Shown in pieces: positions 29,996 through 42,926 of a DNA stretch of 64,000 nucleotides. The DNA is from Felis catus. Lineage: Eukaryota. A program made the position numbers and the translations under genes. The notes beneath the pieces are model-generated. The model was not told the origin of the DNA. It did not search any database and was given only the letters and a program-made list of their open reading frames with translations. The stretch spans positions 132,186,001-132,250,000 of the forward strand of contig NC_058368.1 in assembly GCF_018350175.1 (NCBI RefSeq), given 5' to 3'. Position 1 is the stretch's first letter. Each line of letters begins with the position of its first letter.

Positions 29996-30410
29996 TGATG
30001 CAGAGAGCAAAGGCAAAAGAAATGTAGATAAAATTAAATTTCCTTAACTTGCAGCCCGTTGACAAATACTTGAGACAGGCAGAGTCTGACATTTCTGCAG
30101 GAACTCCCAACCGTCTGAATGTTAATGCCTGGCTAGAGGAAAAAACAACCTTAGCTTAACAATAGCTAGGCCTCCGGGATCCCCTAAGTCTTCTTTTAAC
30201 TTATGAAAATCCTTTTGGAAACCTCCTTTGTCTCTACCCCTCCCAACTTAAAAGTATGTAATTAATAGCTCCTCACATTCCCAGAGCAGCTCTTTCTGCC
30301 CACTGGTCCTGTCCCCATGCTTTACTAAAAACCACCTTTTTTGCACCAAAAACATCTCAAGAATTCTTTCTTATCTGTCTGCACCTGAACCCTTACATCC
30401 AATCACATCA
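29996..30410 (+). mobile_element. Solo LTR (415 bp), probably ERV1 class
   Basis: Inverted termini TGATG...CATCA and exact 4-bp TSD ttag (29992-29995, 30411-30414). Confidence 0.85.
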
Positions 30411-30994
30411 TTAGGAAACAAACATTTACTTCGTAATTTTTAAAACATCCCTTTTAGAAACACAATAAACAAGCAAGCTCTATTCTGTGTCTAAAAGCTA
30501 GTTCTTATTTTTCAAAACACGATGCACAAGTTCATACTAACCTAAAGAGTAATGACATAGCTCCTGTTATTCTTTTGCCATGTATATAATAATATAATAA
30601 ATATTATATAAAACATTTATAAAAAATGCAGTGTTTGATACATCTCTGTTTTCTAATTATAACTTGGGACATGGTTATAACACTGTTAATGGATCCACTC
30701 TGTACCTTGTTATCACTTACCCCACACCTCTCCCTGGGGGCAAGGTCTGTAGGTTCAGAATGTTCTCAGCTATCTGGTTCTGCTGCAGGGTAAGGTTAGA
30801 CTGGAAGTAAGACAATGTCAAAGGTGACCAAACTCTTTCAGAGAAGCTTACCTTGCCCAACCACCCCCCAAGGGCTCCATCTGTTTGTTATGAGAGCACT
30901 GGATCAATACTTAAACATTCTATGCCTCACTGAATCCCTTCCTTGGTACTAAACTATTGCTCAGCTTTAGTCCCTCATTAAAAAAAAAAAAAAA

Positions 30995-31049
30995 TTGTTT
31001 TAGAGATGGGGTGGAGAGGGGCAGAGGGAGAAAGAGAGAAAGAGAGGGG

Positions 31050-31102
<53 letters not shown>

Positions 31103-31218
31103 CTTAAGCAGGCTCCACACTCAGTGCAGAGCCCGACTCTATCCCAGGACCCTGGGATCATGACCTGAGCCCAAATCAAAATTTGGATACTTCACCGACT
31201 GAGCCACCCGAGTGCCCC
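30995..31218 (-). mobile_element. CAN-SINE with (GA)n
   Basis: gatcatgacctgagcc...gactgagccaccc...gcccc. Confidence 0.92.
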
Positions 31219-31859
31219 TAATTTCAAAATACTTAAAAAAAAAAAAAACAAAAAAAAAAACACAACACTTATTCTTCCTCTTTATAAAAGTGATTTGAAG
31301 ATTTAATTATATTTGCAAGTACTTCATAATTTTTGTAATCTACTTCGAAACAAAAATGTCTATAATTAATAGCTACACTGTATTGAGTACAGGTTAAGTA
31401 TTAGAAAGTAGCACTGGATGTTTTACATGTGTTACTTCTTTTAATTCTCAAACAACCCTGTAAGTTTGGTATAATTATGCTCTATTTCTATAAGAATTCC
31501 CTGAAGCTTAGGTATTTCAACCAAATAGCAACAAGTGTTACAGTGAGCAATCAAGCTTAAGTTAATTTGAATCCACAATCCATACTTTCCCCACTACAAT
31601 TCTACGTTTAAATATAGGCTATATTTTCCACAACCAAAGCAATATCACGTTTAATGACTATAAGCAATGTGTTGAAGAAGAAAAAAATTGCATGGTACCA
31701 TGCCCCTCTAGAAAAGCTGAGAAAATACCCAGCTACTACATACTATGCTTACATTTTTTTAACAGACAACAGACCACCCTTTTGACACCATAATTTTGTA
31801 TAGTTTTGATGTATAAGATATAGGAAATGCAATGTTTAAGATGAAAGACAAATATGACT

Positions 31860-32345
31860 TTCCATCCCAGCCTGCGTGAAGCTTAGCTTTTTCACCGAGG
31901 TTTTACTCCAGTTGTACAGGCCACTTTTAGGCAACCAACCTGAACAGCAGAAACCTGTGTAAAGTAGAAGGGCCCACAGTGCTCCCCAACCCCCTGGCTG
32001 AATACAAACAGCCCAACGGGCGACCTACCTCAAAATACCCATAAGCCCTCGCTGACCTAGGGATTGCTTACACCCGGACACAGGTACCAAAAAAGAAAAA
32101 ACTGAAAATCGTGCACGTTCCATACCTCCTCACCTTCCCCCTTGAACTAGAGCCCCCCAGCACTGCCTAGTGGCAGACAGTATTTGCTTTGCTGTCCTGC
32201 CCACACCTCCCTTGGGGTGTATTCAGTAAACTATTTCCTTTGTTCTGCCTTGGGTGAATTCTTTCACTGCCTGCTCGGCCAGGCTCCACTTCATCAGGTT
32301 GCCCCCACCGCTCCCCCCCCCCCCCCCCCCCCCCCGCCAGTTACA
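31860..32345 (+). mobile_element. Probable ERV LTR, boundaries uncertain
   Basis: GC-richer island with LTR-like cagtaaact...ggtgaattcttt motif. Contains a C23 run. Confidence 0.55.
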
Positions 32346-32397
32346 TACATTATCAAGCAGACACACAAATCACAAATAAAATAGAACAGGAAGAACA

Positions 32398-32431
<34 letters not shown>

Positions 32432-34409
32432 GTTTTGGAGAACAGCTAAGCAACACCAGGAAATTCTTTTTTGGAGATGTAGAAAAGTCCTTTTTTATGG
32501 CATTATGACCTCCTTAAAATTCTGTTCTTCAAACCCAAGTCTCACAGGGGCCATGTCTATTTTCTATTTAGATTAGTTTATGATCTCAAATATTCTACTG
32601 CAGTTCCTAGTACAATGGTGAGACCCAATTTCATCCAATTCTACTATGTCTTTAATAAAAATTGGTTTCTCAGTAGTTTCAAGAGGAAAACCATTTTAAT
32701 TTGTTCCTGCTATAGCTATTGTCTTCATGTACTATTCTGTCCTTGAGGCCTTATATGGATGTCAAAGAAAGCATGTTTGTCTAGCTGCTTCTGAAGGCTT
32801 CTGAGGGTGACAGATGATCATGTAGATGCCCGTCTAATACATCTTGATGCAGATAATCAGCCTTAGAGTCTAAAGTGTCAGTACCTTTGGTCTCTAAGCT
32901 GATTAGGTTGCCGTTGAAACTGGTCGGGCCAATTTTATAGCTGGATACAATTTTCTGACCGATTTTTAAATTTGTAAAGATTGAGATTTTTTTTATAAAT
33001 TGCCTTTTCTATCTCTGGGGATCTTTTTCTTTGCAACTGGGGTAAATGGGACAGGAGATAATGGAAACATTATTCCTTTTCCACTGGAGAGCTCTTGTCT
33101 TTCTACCAGTCCTCTATCCTTCAAATGCCTGTGGTGGGAATTAAATCAGCACTGGGGAGAAGTTGTAGCTATCTTGTTTTCATGCTAGCCACTTTTTAAG
33201 ACTGCTTGGCCTAAAGAGGTTCTTGGTCTTAATTTTTCCTCTAACCTAAGCAAAAAAGAGGACTGTCAGTCTTGCATATTTCAATCTGATTCGCTAATGT
33301 AGAGATCCTTGTAGGAGTATCAAAACTTTAAAATAGTAAAGTGTTCCTTTGTGATGTATCTCCTTTCATCATGGCTACCAGACATTATGAATCTTAGAAC
33401 TGATAGTGTTAGTCTCTTTATTCAGGTCACTAGGAAACTCAGAGCAAAATGTGTGGCCCATATTAATAAATAGAAAGAATTATGGTACATATTTAAGGTA
33501 CTAATCCCAGCCTAATATTATTTTCCTTTTCCTTGCGTTTTCTAATTTACTATATTTTTCACTTATGATTTTAATGAAGCTAATGCAACTCTAATCAGAG
33601 GTATGACTAATAATGATAAATAATTATGATATGTAAAAACACAAGAACTAAGTGGTAATCTATAGTACTAGCTGGCCAATCACAGAAATGAGAAGGTCAA
33701 GACTGTTATAAGACATGCGAGACTGATAGGCTATGAGGAACAGGTTGTAAGATCTTAAAAGGGCATAAATTAAACAACAGAGAGCAAGCTTCAAAGATTC
33801 ATAAATAGGTGTTGCTACCATTTGATTCCTGATATGATCTCATTTTGGGCAACGATTTGAAAATTCTTCCAGGATCATTTCAATTTATCCTTTGTACCTT
33901 ATTTAAATCTCAAGTGAGCTCTTGGATCACAAACGGCAAGCCAAAATGCTTATGAATTGTTTCCTAGTTCTTGACTGTCAGATTAATTTTAACTAATTGT
34001 AAAGATTTCTCTCATATTGCTTACAATGTCACTAAATTGATGTGCCCAGTACTCAATTATGTTAAATATGTACTAAGGTAGGAGGCTGATCTGATAAAGA
34101 CAAGTATACTCTGGAATTCCTTAAAATAGGGTAGCTCGCACATAACAGACACCCACATTATAGAGGGGGAAAAAAAGAACATTAAAACCATTGTATATTT
34201 AGAGAAAAGTACCAAGGTTAACATAAAGGATACAAACACAATAGCTCTATAATACCCCCATAGTAACACCCATTCTATGCTTACTGGAACATACTGAGGC
34301 CTTGCTTACGTAACTCAGTATTAACTACAATCAATTCACTCTTTAGGATTTATCATGAAATTCTCTTATAGTCTATATAATAGAAACTTTTAGAACAGTT
34401 TTTTAAAAT

Positions 34410-34968
34410 ATAGAAGTTTCTGCTCTAACATAACACATAAATTCTTGAAAAATCCTCTTTCTGCAAATTTGCATACTAAAAACAATAGGTATATGAGAAA
34501 AATAGTGTTAGAAGCAGATAAGTCAAAGACAGAAAACTAACAAAAACAATAAAGATTCTAATAAAATACTAGCACAGTTTAAAAAATGCATGGCAAATTC
34601 CCAACAAAGGAATCCTGAAGTAAACATAGGACTTTATCTTCTAAAAAGAAAAAAAAAAGTGAAATAAGTTAATGTGAAAGGGTTGAGGATGCTAAGTTAT
34701 AAAGGGAAGAGGCCAATGTACAAAGACCAGGCAGAAACACATAATAAGGAGTTCCATGACAGAGCATGTGGCCAAACTGAGCAAAAAGAAGAATGTGGGA
34801 TGAATGGTCATCATATACAGTATAAATTGCCTGTACCATTCTGCTGTATCAATGTAGTTTGACTTTAGCTGTTGTATCACTTAGTGGCAAAAACTATGCC
34901 ACAAAATGACTCAATCACTTATGAGCTAATTTGTATAGCAGAGGCAAAGTTGTAACAGAACAGAGTAT
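34410..34968. mobile_element. Tigger-like (Tc1/mariner-pogo) non-autonomous element
   Basis: Degenerate inverted ends (ttctgctctaaca ... ttgtaacagaa) near TA dinucleotides. Subfamily uncertain. Confidence 0.5.
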
Positions 34969-34979
34969 ACCAAAACTTC

Positions 34980-35317
34980 ATTTTTTATTTTTTATTTTTT
35001 TCAAAGACTTTATTTATTAACTTATTTCTAAATGTTTATTTTTGAGATAGTGCATGTGGGGGAGGGGCAGGGAGAGAGGGGGACAGAGGATCCAAAGTGG
35101 GCTCCGTGCATGCTGACAGCAGCGAGCCGGATACAGGGCTTGAATTTACAAACCATGAGGTCATAACCTGAGCTGAAGTTGCATGCTCAACTTACTGAGA
35201 CACCCAGGTGCCCTTCAAAGACTACTTTTAAGTGATTTCTATTCCCAATGTGGGACTGAAACTTACAACCCCGAAATCCAATCATATGCTCTACTGACTG
35301 AGCCAGCCAGGTGCCCC
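34980..35317 (-). mobile_element. Nested CAN-SINEs: a full copy (about 35012-35213) inside a short CAN-SINE
   Basis: Two heads (ending about 35213 and 35317). Inner TSD ttcaaagact, outer TSD caaaactt. Confidence 0.85.
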
Positions 35318-36203
35318 TCAAAACTTTAAGTCAGCATATTTTTTCTAGATTTATGTTGAAAGAATAAATTCAAAATATCTCAGCAAGCCAACTCACTGCC
35401 TAGGAAAAGGAGAAGAACTCTCAGAATGGGAAGAAAATATGGTGATTAATGGGTCTGGTACATAGTAAGTGCTCAATAAATGTTATCAGCAGCTACTACC
35501 ACTACCACTACCATTTCTGTTGCTGCTACTTCACTAGTAAAGATGGAAACTAAAAGAGCACTGAGGCAGACATGTGTGGTGTACCCAGGATCTACACTCT
35601 CTACTTTGTTGCTAACAGAATTCTAATTTTTGGTCAGGAATCTACCTCTCAGGAAAGGTGACCTTAACCTCATGTTCGGGGCAAATCTGGATTAGTCTAA
35701 ACTAATTATGGTAATCCCACTGTTTTTGGCCATGACTGGTTCAAAAGTGGGCATGAGGCCTCCAGGCCAAACAACATGAAGTCCATCAGAGGGAGGGCGG
35801 GAGGAGCTTTGGGAAAAACTTTCCTTATAAGTACTAAAGAGACACAGGAGCAGTTTATCTCTTCTCTTCCTCTGGATATTGTCAGGGCAAAAGCACTTTA
35901 GGTGCTCCGATGCTCCACTTACATTTTGAATTCCCCCTTCTCAAAGAAGACCTTCAGGAATTTCCCTCACTATCTTGTCAGCTCTTTGGGGATTTTAAAG
36001 TGATGTTTTAAACAAGTCTTATTCAATAATTTTTTAAAAAGAGTTCTGTCAGAATAACTTACTCTATCATTACCAAAAATGGAAATATTCTACCTTTGTT
36101 TGTAAAATGATCTAAGACTGATTTGTTTTGAGAATTTTATATATAATTTTTACAATCTTCTTTGTGACAGTTATTTTTCTATTGCATAGCTAGACTGTGT
36201 AGC

Positions 36204-36403
36204 TCAGTGCTGCCTAGTACAGTTGCCATGAGCAACATATGGCTTTTCAAATATAAATTAATTCAACTTAAAAGTTCTGTTTTTCAGTTACACTAGCCAC
36301 ATTTCAAATGCCCAATAGCTATTTTGGTGAGGAGCTACCAAGCTGCACAATGCATATATAGAATATTTCCATCACTAAAGAAAATTCTCTTGGACAGTGC
36401 TGG
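36204..36403 (+). mobile_element. MER3-like hAT MITE
   Basis: cactagccacatttcaa...gaatatttccatcac...ttggacagtgctg. Termini cagtgctg at both ends. Confidence 0.75.
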
Positions 36404-36700
36404 CTATGTGTTCTGAAAGTTTAAATTTTCATATATTAGATTATGCTTTAAAAATCCCCAGCTTAAAAACTTATGCTCAGATAGCTTTTATAACTTAGAT
36501 AGCATGAAAATAAATTTCAGTGTGGTAACTGAATTGTCACATATTCTGAACTAGTAGAGTCTTAGATTCATGAAAAAAAATTATTTGTATTTCCATGATA
36601 TAGTGATATTAACTGTATCATTTGCTGAAAGCTGAAACAGAAGACAAAGCTAATAATAGAAATGTCAAGCCACCAGTAGCAGGTTCTACAATTTGAGCAT

Positions 36701-36906
36701 CTCATGTTTATTTATTTTTGAGAAAGAGAGGCAGAGCATGAGTGGGGGAGGGGCAGAGAGAGAGAGGGAGACACAGAATCTGAAGCGGGCTCTAGGCTCT
36801 GAGCTGTCAGCACAGAGCCCGATGCGGGGCTTGAACCCATGATCTGCGAGATCATGACCTGAGCCGAAGCCAGATGCTTAACTGACTGAGCCACCCAGGC
36901 GCCCCC
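36701..36906 (-). mobile_element. CAN-SINE
   Basis: TSD acaatttga[g/a]cat. Confidence 0.95.
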
Positions 36907-37179
36907 ACAATTTGAACATTTAAAAGGAAGTTTATGGGTGAAAAGCAACAAGCCTAATATGTCTGGCACAGTTTTTTCCTTTTTCTCTTACTTATCGTAC
37001 ATTATTCATATTACAGTAACTATCTTATTAGAGCCAAAACATGTGCCTGCCCCTACAATCACGTAACAGAAACAGATGTGAATTGAGACATGGGTTTGGC
37101 TTTCTCACTCCTGCCTAACACAGTCTGATAGACAGTAGATATTCTTTTTTTCTACCCTTGTATAAAACCTCTGTTCTTC

Positions 37180-38828
37180 TGAAATTCATGCTATTCATCC
37201 AAATCACTATCTGGCTTCATCATTGTTACTAATCCATCGTGGCCATTTTCCTTCATTTATGAAAGGGTCTGGTACCTGCTTCGCAGTCTCACACTACACT
37301 CTGAGTTCTAACATCATCGTGAGTGACCTCAACATCTGCATAGAAGACTCCTCAAATTCCCTGGCTTTGAAGATCCTTGAATTCCTTTATCTCTGCCCAA
37401 GGTTAGGTAAGCAATCCCTTGGCAGAGTTGTCATCATTGAGAACAGTCTCACTTGTCATATCTGAAATTCAAATGCATTCCAGTCTCTGATCCCCACATC
37501 ATCTATCTCCCTCCCCCTATTCTTCCTACTACACTGGTTCTTTGATTTTTATAGATTTTTGAAGTTAGGTCCTTAATTTTCTCCTCTTAGCCATCTTTAG
37601 ACTCCACTGTGTTTCCCACCAGTGCCCTCAAATTCTTTCTGACTTGTTTATTGTTCTGTTGTAGTCTCACCTTCTCCAATCTATTCTCATCTAGAGGATA
37701 AATCAGAGGCTAAGTCTTTGCATGGTGTCTTATTGCCTCAAGATAAAGATCATTTAACCTCTTTAACCTCCAAGCCTTGCACTTACTTTTCCTTCTGCCT
37801 AGAATGCTCTCATGGTCACTTTCTTCTTTTCTGGTCTGCTCCTATTTGCCCTTCAGACCTTTACCTTCCTCTGGGAAGAATCCCTTAAATCCTTAATTAG
37901 GCTAGTGACAGTTCTATGTGCTTTTAAAGCATTCCATAATTATTCTATCATATCATAGATAAGTGATTTTTCTGCAATTAACTGATTTGCCAGGAAATTA
38001 TAAGACCCTTGAGAGCACAGATTATCATTCTCAGTCTAGAACAGTCTGATATACAGAGGGAACTCAATGACTTGTTGAGTGAATGAAAAAATAATGCTGG
38101 TAACTTGAAATGGTTATTGTAAATGAAGGTACAAGTAATTGCTTCAAGATGCAAATTTAACATAGAAGTAAATATCATCAATAAGCTACTTTTTGGAAGT
38201 ATGTATGAGGGGTAATAGAGCAGGGTAAGGAAGATTAGGAGTCCCAGGGTTGTAAGGAGCAGGGAAGGCTGCAGTTTTAAATGTGGTATTCAGGCTAGGC
38301 CTCATTGAGAAGGTGACAGTTGAATAAAAGTGAGGTAAGGGAGTCATCTATGTAGATATTTTGGGAGAAGAGTCCATAAGATAAAGGAAACAAGCAATGC
38401 AAAAGTACTAAAGGCGGGAGCATGCCTGGTGTGTACAAGGAAGGTGGCTAGAGCAGAGCTATTGAGGAGGAAGGAGGAAGAGATTAGTTTAGAAAAGTAA
38501 TGGAAGGCTAGATTGTATAGTCTTTGCAGGCCTTTGTAAGGACTTTGCATTTAAGTAAAATGGGGAGCCCCTGAAAGGTTTTGAGTAAAGGATATAATCT
38601 AACTCACTCAGTTTCTTATATATTGAGAACTGTAGGGAACAAAAGTAGTAATGGCAAATCCACTGAAAAAGCTCTTTAGAGAAATCCAGTGCAAAAAAGA
38701 GTGGTAGCAGTGGAGGCAGTGAGAACTAGTCAGATCTAGGATATATCATGAAGGGAAAGCCAGAGCGATTTCCTGAGGGATTGGGTATGAGCTGTGAGAG
38801 AATGGAATCAAGAATGACTCAAAAAAAA

Positions 38829-38864
<36 letters not shown>

Positions 38865-40330
38865 GAAAAAAATGGCAGATGGAATTGACATCTGAGATGG
38901 GGGAGGTATAGGTATGTGGAAATGTTTTAGAGAGAGCATTTGGGCATGGTAAATATTAGATGTCTATTAAAAGTTTAATCAATGGTAAGATAGGAGTCCA
39001 GAATCCATAAAAGAAGTCTGGGCTAAAAATAGAAATTTGAGGGTCAAATGGCCTATGAATGCTGTCAAAAATAATGAAACTGGATGAGATCACCAAGGTA
39101 AATATTAGTAGTGTACAAAAAAAGGCCAATGACTAGATTCTGGATACCCTAAGAGGTCAGAGAAGAGTAAGAACCAGCGAAGGAGAATGAGAAAAAACAA
39201 GTAGGAAAAGAAAAGGACAACCAAAAAGTTGTAGTGTTATGGAAGCCTAGTGACTATCAAGTAAGATGAACACTGAGGACTGACTATTGGATTTAGCAAC
39301 ATGTAAGTCATCTGCGACTTGAAAAGAGCAGTTTAAAAAATGTTTTATTTATTTTTGAGAGAGAGAAAGAGAGAGTGCCAGTGGGGGAGGGGCAGAGAGA
39401 GGAGACACAGAATATGAAGCAGGCTCCAGACTCTGAGCTGTCAGCACAGAGCCTGATGTGGGGCTCGAACTCACAAGCTGTGAGATCATGACCTGAGCCA
39501 AAGTCGGACACTTAACTGAATGAGCCACCCAGGCACTCCAGACAAGAGCATTTTTAGTAGAATGATGGAGACAAAAATCTGACAAGAACAATTTTAGGAA
39601 AAAATTAGAAGAGGAATTGGATATGGAAGTACATAGTCCTTTTAAGGAATTTTGTTTCAAAAGGAAGAAAAACATGGGAAAGGAACGGGCAGATTTTTTG
39701 TTTTTGTTCTTTTAAGACAGGAGAAATAACAGCGTGTTTGTATGTTTATGGAAAATTCCAGAAGAGATGATATTGAAAAAATATCCACATATTTTGAAAT
39801 AACCAAGAATTAAGATAGGTATAGAGTTGGAGAGCATGACAGTGAGGAATAGTGTGCAATAGTCTGATGGTGTGAAATTAAAAGGTGTGGCTTTCAGATA
39901 AGAGGGAGGGAGAATCATCCGAAAGGAGAAATGAAATATAAAAGCATAGTCAATCTACTTTCACTCATTCAAGAGTTAAGGATGAAAACAACTTTAAAAG
40001 GTTAAAGTTTATTGTAAGTATCTTTAGAGGACAGCCAGTTTCCATTAGAACAACAAAGTGAAGAGAAGGAAAATTGAGAGACATCGGAATGTAAGGACTT
40101 TTGTTGCTGGTGGATCTTGAATTCCTAAGGGCACAGAAGTTTCAAAAGTTGGGCAGAGATAGGTAACAGAAGATGTGATATGCAGAACTTTTTGGAATTG
40201 GAGGGCAAGACATGAGGAATGATGTGGGAATCTGGGGTTTCTTACAGTGGCAAACACAAAGTAGGATCAAGGGTATAATAAGATTAATCCTGGTGGACTC
40301 AGGAAAGATAGTGGGAGCAAAGGTGTGAGT
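37180..40330. mobile_element. Cluster of L2 fragments (plus orientation about 37180-38090, minus orientation about 38200-40330)
   Basis: L2-type motifs (ggcctcattgagaaggtgaca, gaatcaagaatgactc, ttggatttagcaacatg, gttgagtgaatgaa). Approximate. Confidence 0.65.
39335..39539 (-). mobile_element. CAN-SINE
   Basis: TSD aagagca[g/t]ttt. Confidence 0.93.
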
Positions 40331-40523
40331 GTTGGGGGAACAAGACATTTTGGGGGACCTATGACTCTCTCTTAGTACCTATTGGAGAAGATTGTATTTG
40401 CCCTTCATGCTGGAGCTTTCCCTAGTTCCCTGTTGATGGAATTGCTGGACCTGAGGTTGGTTCCATTCACTATTAACAACTTAAAAAATTCATGTGACCT
40501 TCATACATATGGATTTATGATCA

Positions 40524-40685
<162 letters not shown>

Positions 40686-42752
40686 TTAACATGTGAATAT
40701 ATCTGTCTACAGAAAGAGTACATATATTGCTTGACAAAAACATATTAGCATTTATTTTAAGAAAATACAAAATTTGACATTTTATTAGTTATTAAAATAA
40801 TAGTCATGCTGGTGATTGTTAACAATGATGATTATGGTTGTTGAACATAAAACTTAAGTCAGTTTGCTATGAAAAGCTTTTTAAGACTCTTAATTGTCAT
40901 GATTTACATTAGGAAGAAAATGCAATTAAATAAATCTATTTTCTAATTATCATAGTAAGCAGGTGCTCAGTTCAAAACAGTGAGTTTAAAACTCACTTAT
41001 AATGAAAAGCCATTTGAATCTTATTCAACAAAAGCCATATATAATCTGATGCTATTTGTTCACCACATAGGAAGTGGTAAGTTTACTATTTTTTCCAAAC
41101 TACAAACAAGAGCATACTAAATTAGTCTCTGCAAATAGCTGTAGTTCAAAGTAAATAATGCAGAAATGAATTTCTATCTCATTATATGAAGTTTGAAAAA
41201 TTACATCTCAAAACAAGATGGCTTTGCATTATATAAATACTGCATATGACACTCACAGTAATGAAAAAGTAAGATGCCCAATATTTGATTTACATAAATT
41301 AATTTTTAAAGTATTTAACATCAGGTAAAGCCATATGCTATTATTCAGGAATGCTATTTCGAATGGCAAAGCTAACTTCTTTTATAACTATCTGAGTATA
41401 TTACTTTTTATCATAGAATTTTATAGTTTTGGTTATTAATTACAGTAGCCCACAGTTGAACTTAGGTAATTATTCTGTACTTGTTTGAGAAAAGATCAAG
41501 TATAATTATAGTTTTGGCTAACTGGTAATCAATGGAATAAAGTTACATGTTAATATATTTTGAATACCAGAGAATACTGACTCTAAGAAAGAAAAGAAAT
41601 GGCCCCGTCTAAATCAGCTTGGGAGAAATAGGTTGATCAGACAAAAACAAGGGCGTGGGGATGGTGGTAGCATGACTGATTTATGAGTGGGTGACAGTGA
41701 GCTCTGTTTAGCAGGAAGATAATAATGGAAAGAAAGCTGGAGAATGGAAACACAGAAACTAGTGTAAAAGGAAATAATTTCAAGCTGAAAAGAATAAAAA
41801 AGAAGAAAAGAGACGTTCAGAGGAGGAACCAAAGAGAGGGATCCTGAATTAAAAAGAGAAAATTAAAAATTAAAGCAACTTTTACCCCAGGAAGGAGAAA
41901 AAAGCAGAAGTGATATAACGCCATGCTGCACCAAACATTAGTTGGGAAAGGAGGCCTGCAACCTGAGCTCTAGACAAAAATGGGAGCACTTGATATGCAG
42001 CAGCTAAGGAGAAGTTTAGTTTCTAGGTGGACAGGAAAGTCCAACTGGGGGACTTTAGTCCACCTGTAATGGGCACTAGCGGGAGGGAGAGGCAATTCAG
42101 CTACCAGAGAATACTGATGGGGCTGGCCTTACGCCAGGGGACTCTGACTGGAGAAAAGGAGTGGTGGGAGAGGAGCAGTCCAACCTGCATGAAACAGTCA
42201 CGGGGAGAAAAGTGGTGGCAGCTCCGGAAGATGATTAATAGGGGCATGTGAATGGAAACTATTTTAACACATGGGCAGTATTCTTTTCATTGTGATTTGT
42301 GATGCGAATCAAGGCATTTCAACCCTTGAAGTGCTCTCATTGGTCCTTTTAATACTAATGTAGCAGTAATAATTTTATGTGACATGTGAAAAGACCTTAG
42401 GTTTCCTGGGAATAATGGTAATGTAGCTAAGACCAGACCTGGATTCATCCATAATTCAGTAGTTTTCGGAGGAGGAAATCTATCTGATTATTACTAGATT
42501 AAAAGTCTGGCTATACCTGGGATAGATACACAATGCTATTCTTTTTTATTTTTAGTTACACAGTAAGGGGGGTGGGGGGAAAAAGAAAGTCTGTCTAACA
42601 AGGCTCTTCCACTTCTCTGTGCCTATTGCTTGTTCAGAAGACAAACACTTGGCTCACTAGTGAAACGTTTTTACAGATAACATGTGAAACCACAGCTTTG
42701 AATCAATTCCAACTGTGTCTTTTTGTTGGCTCCGGCTTACTTTAGCTACTTA

Positions 42753-42926
<174 letters not shown>

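Noticed and set aside
32640..33450. Unique-looking region tested as a processed pseudogene
   Set aside because: The frames I translated by hand gave no recognisable protein.
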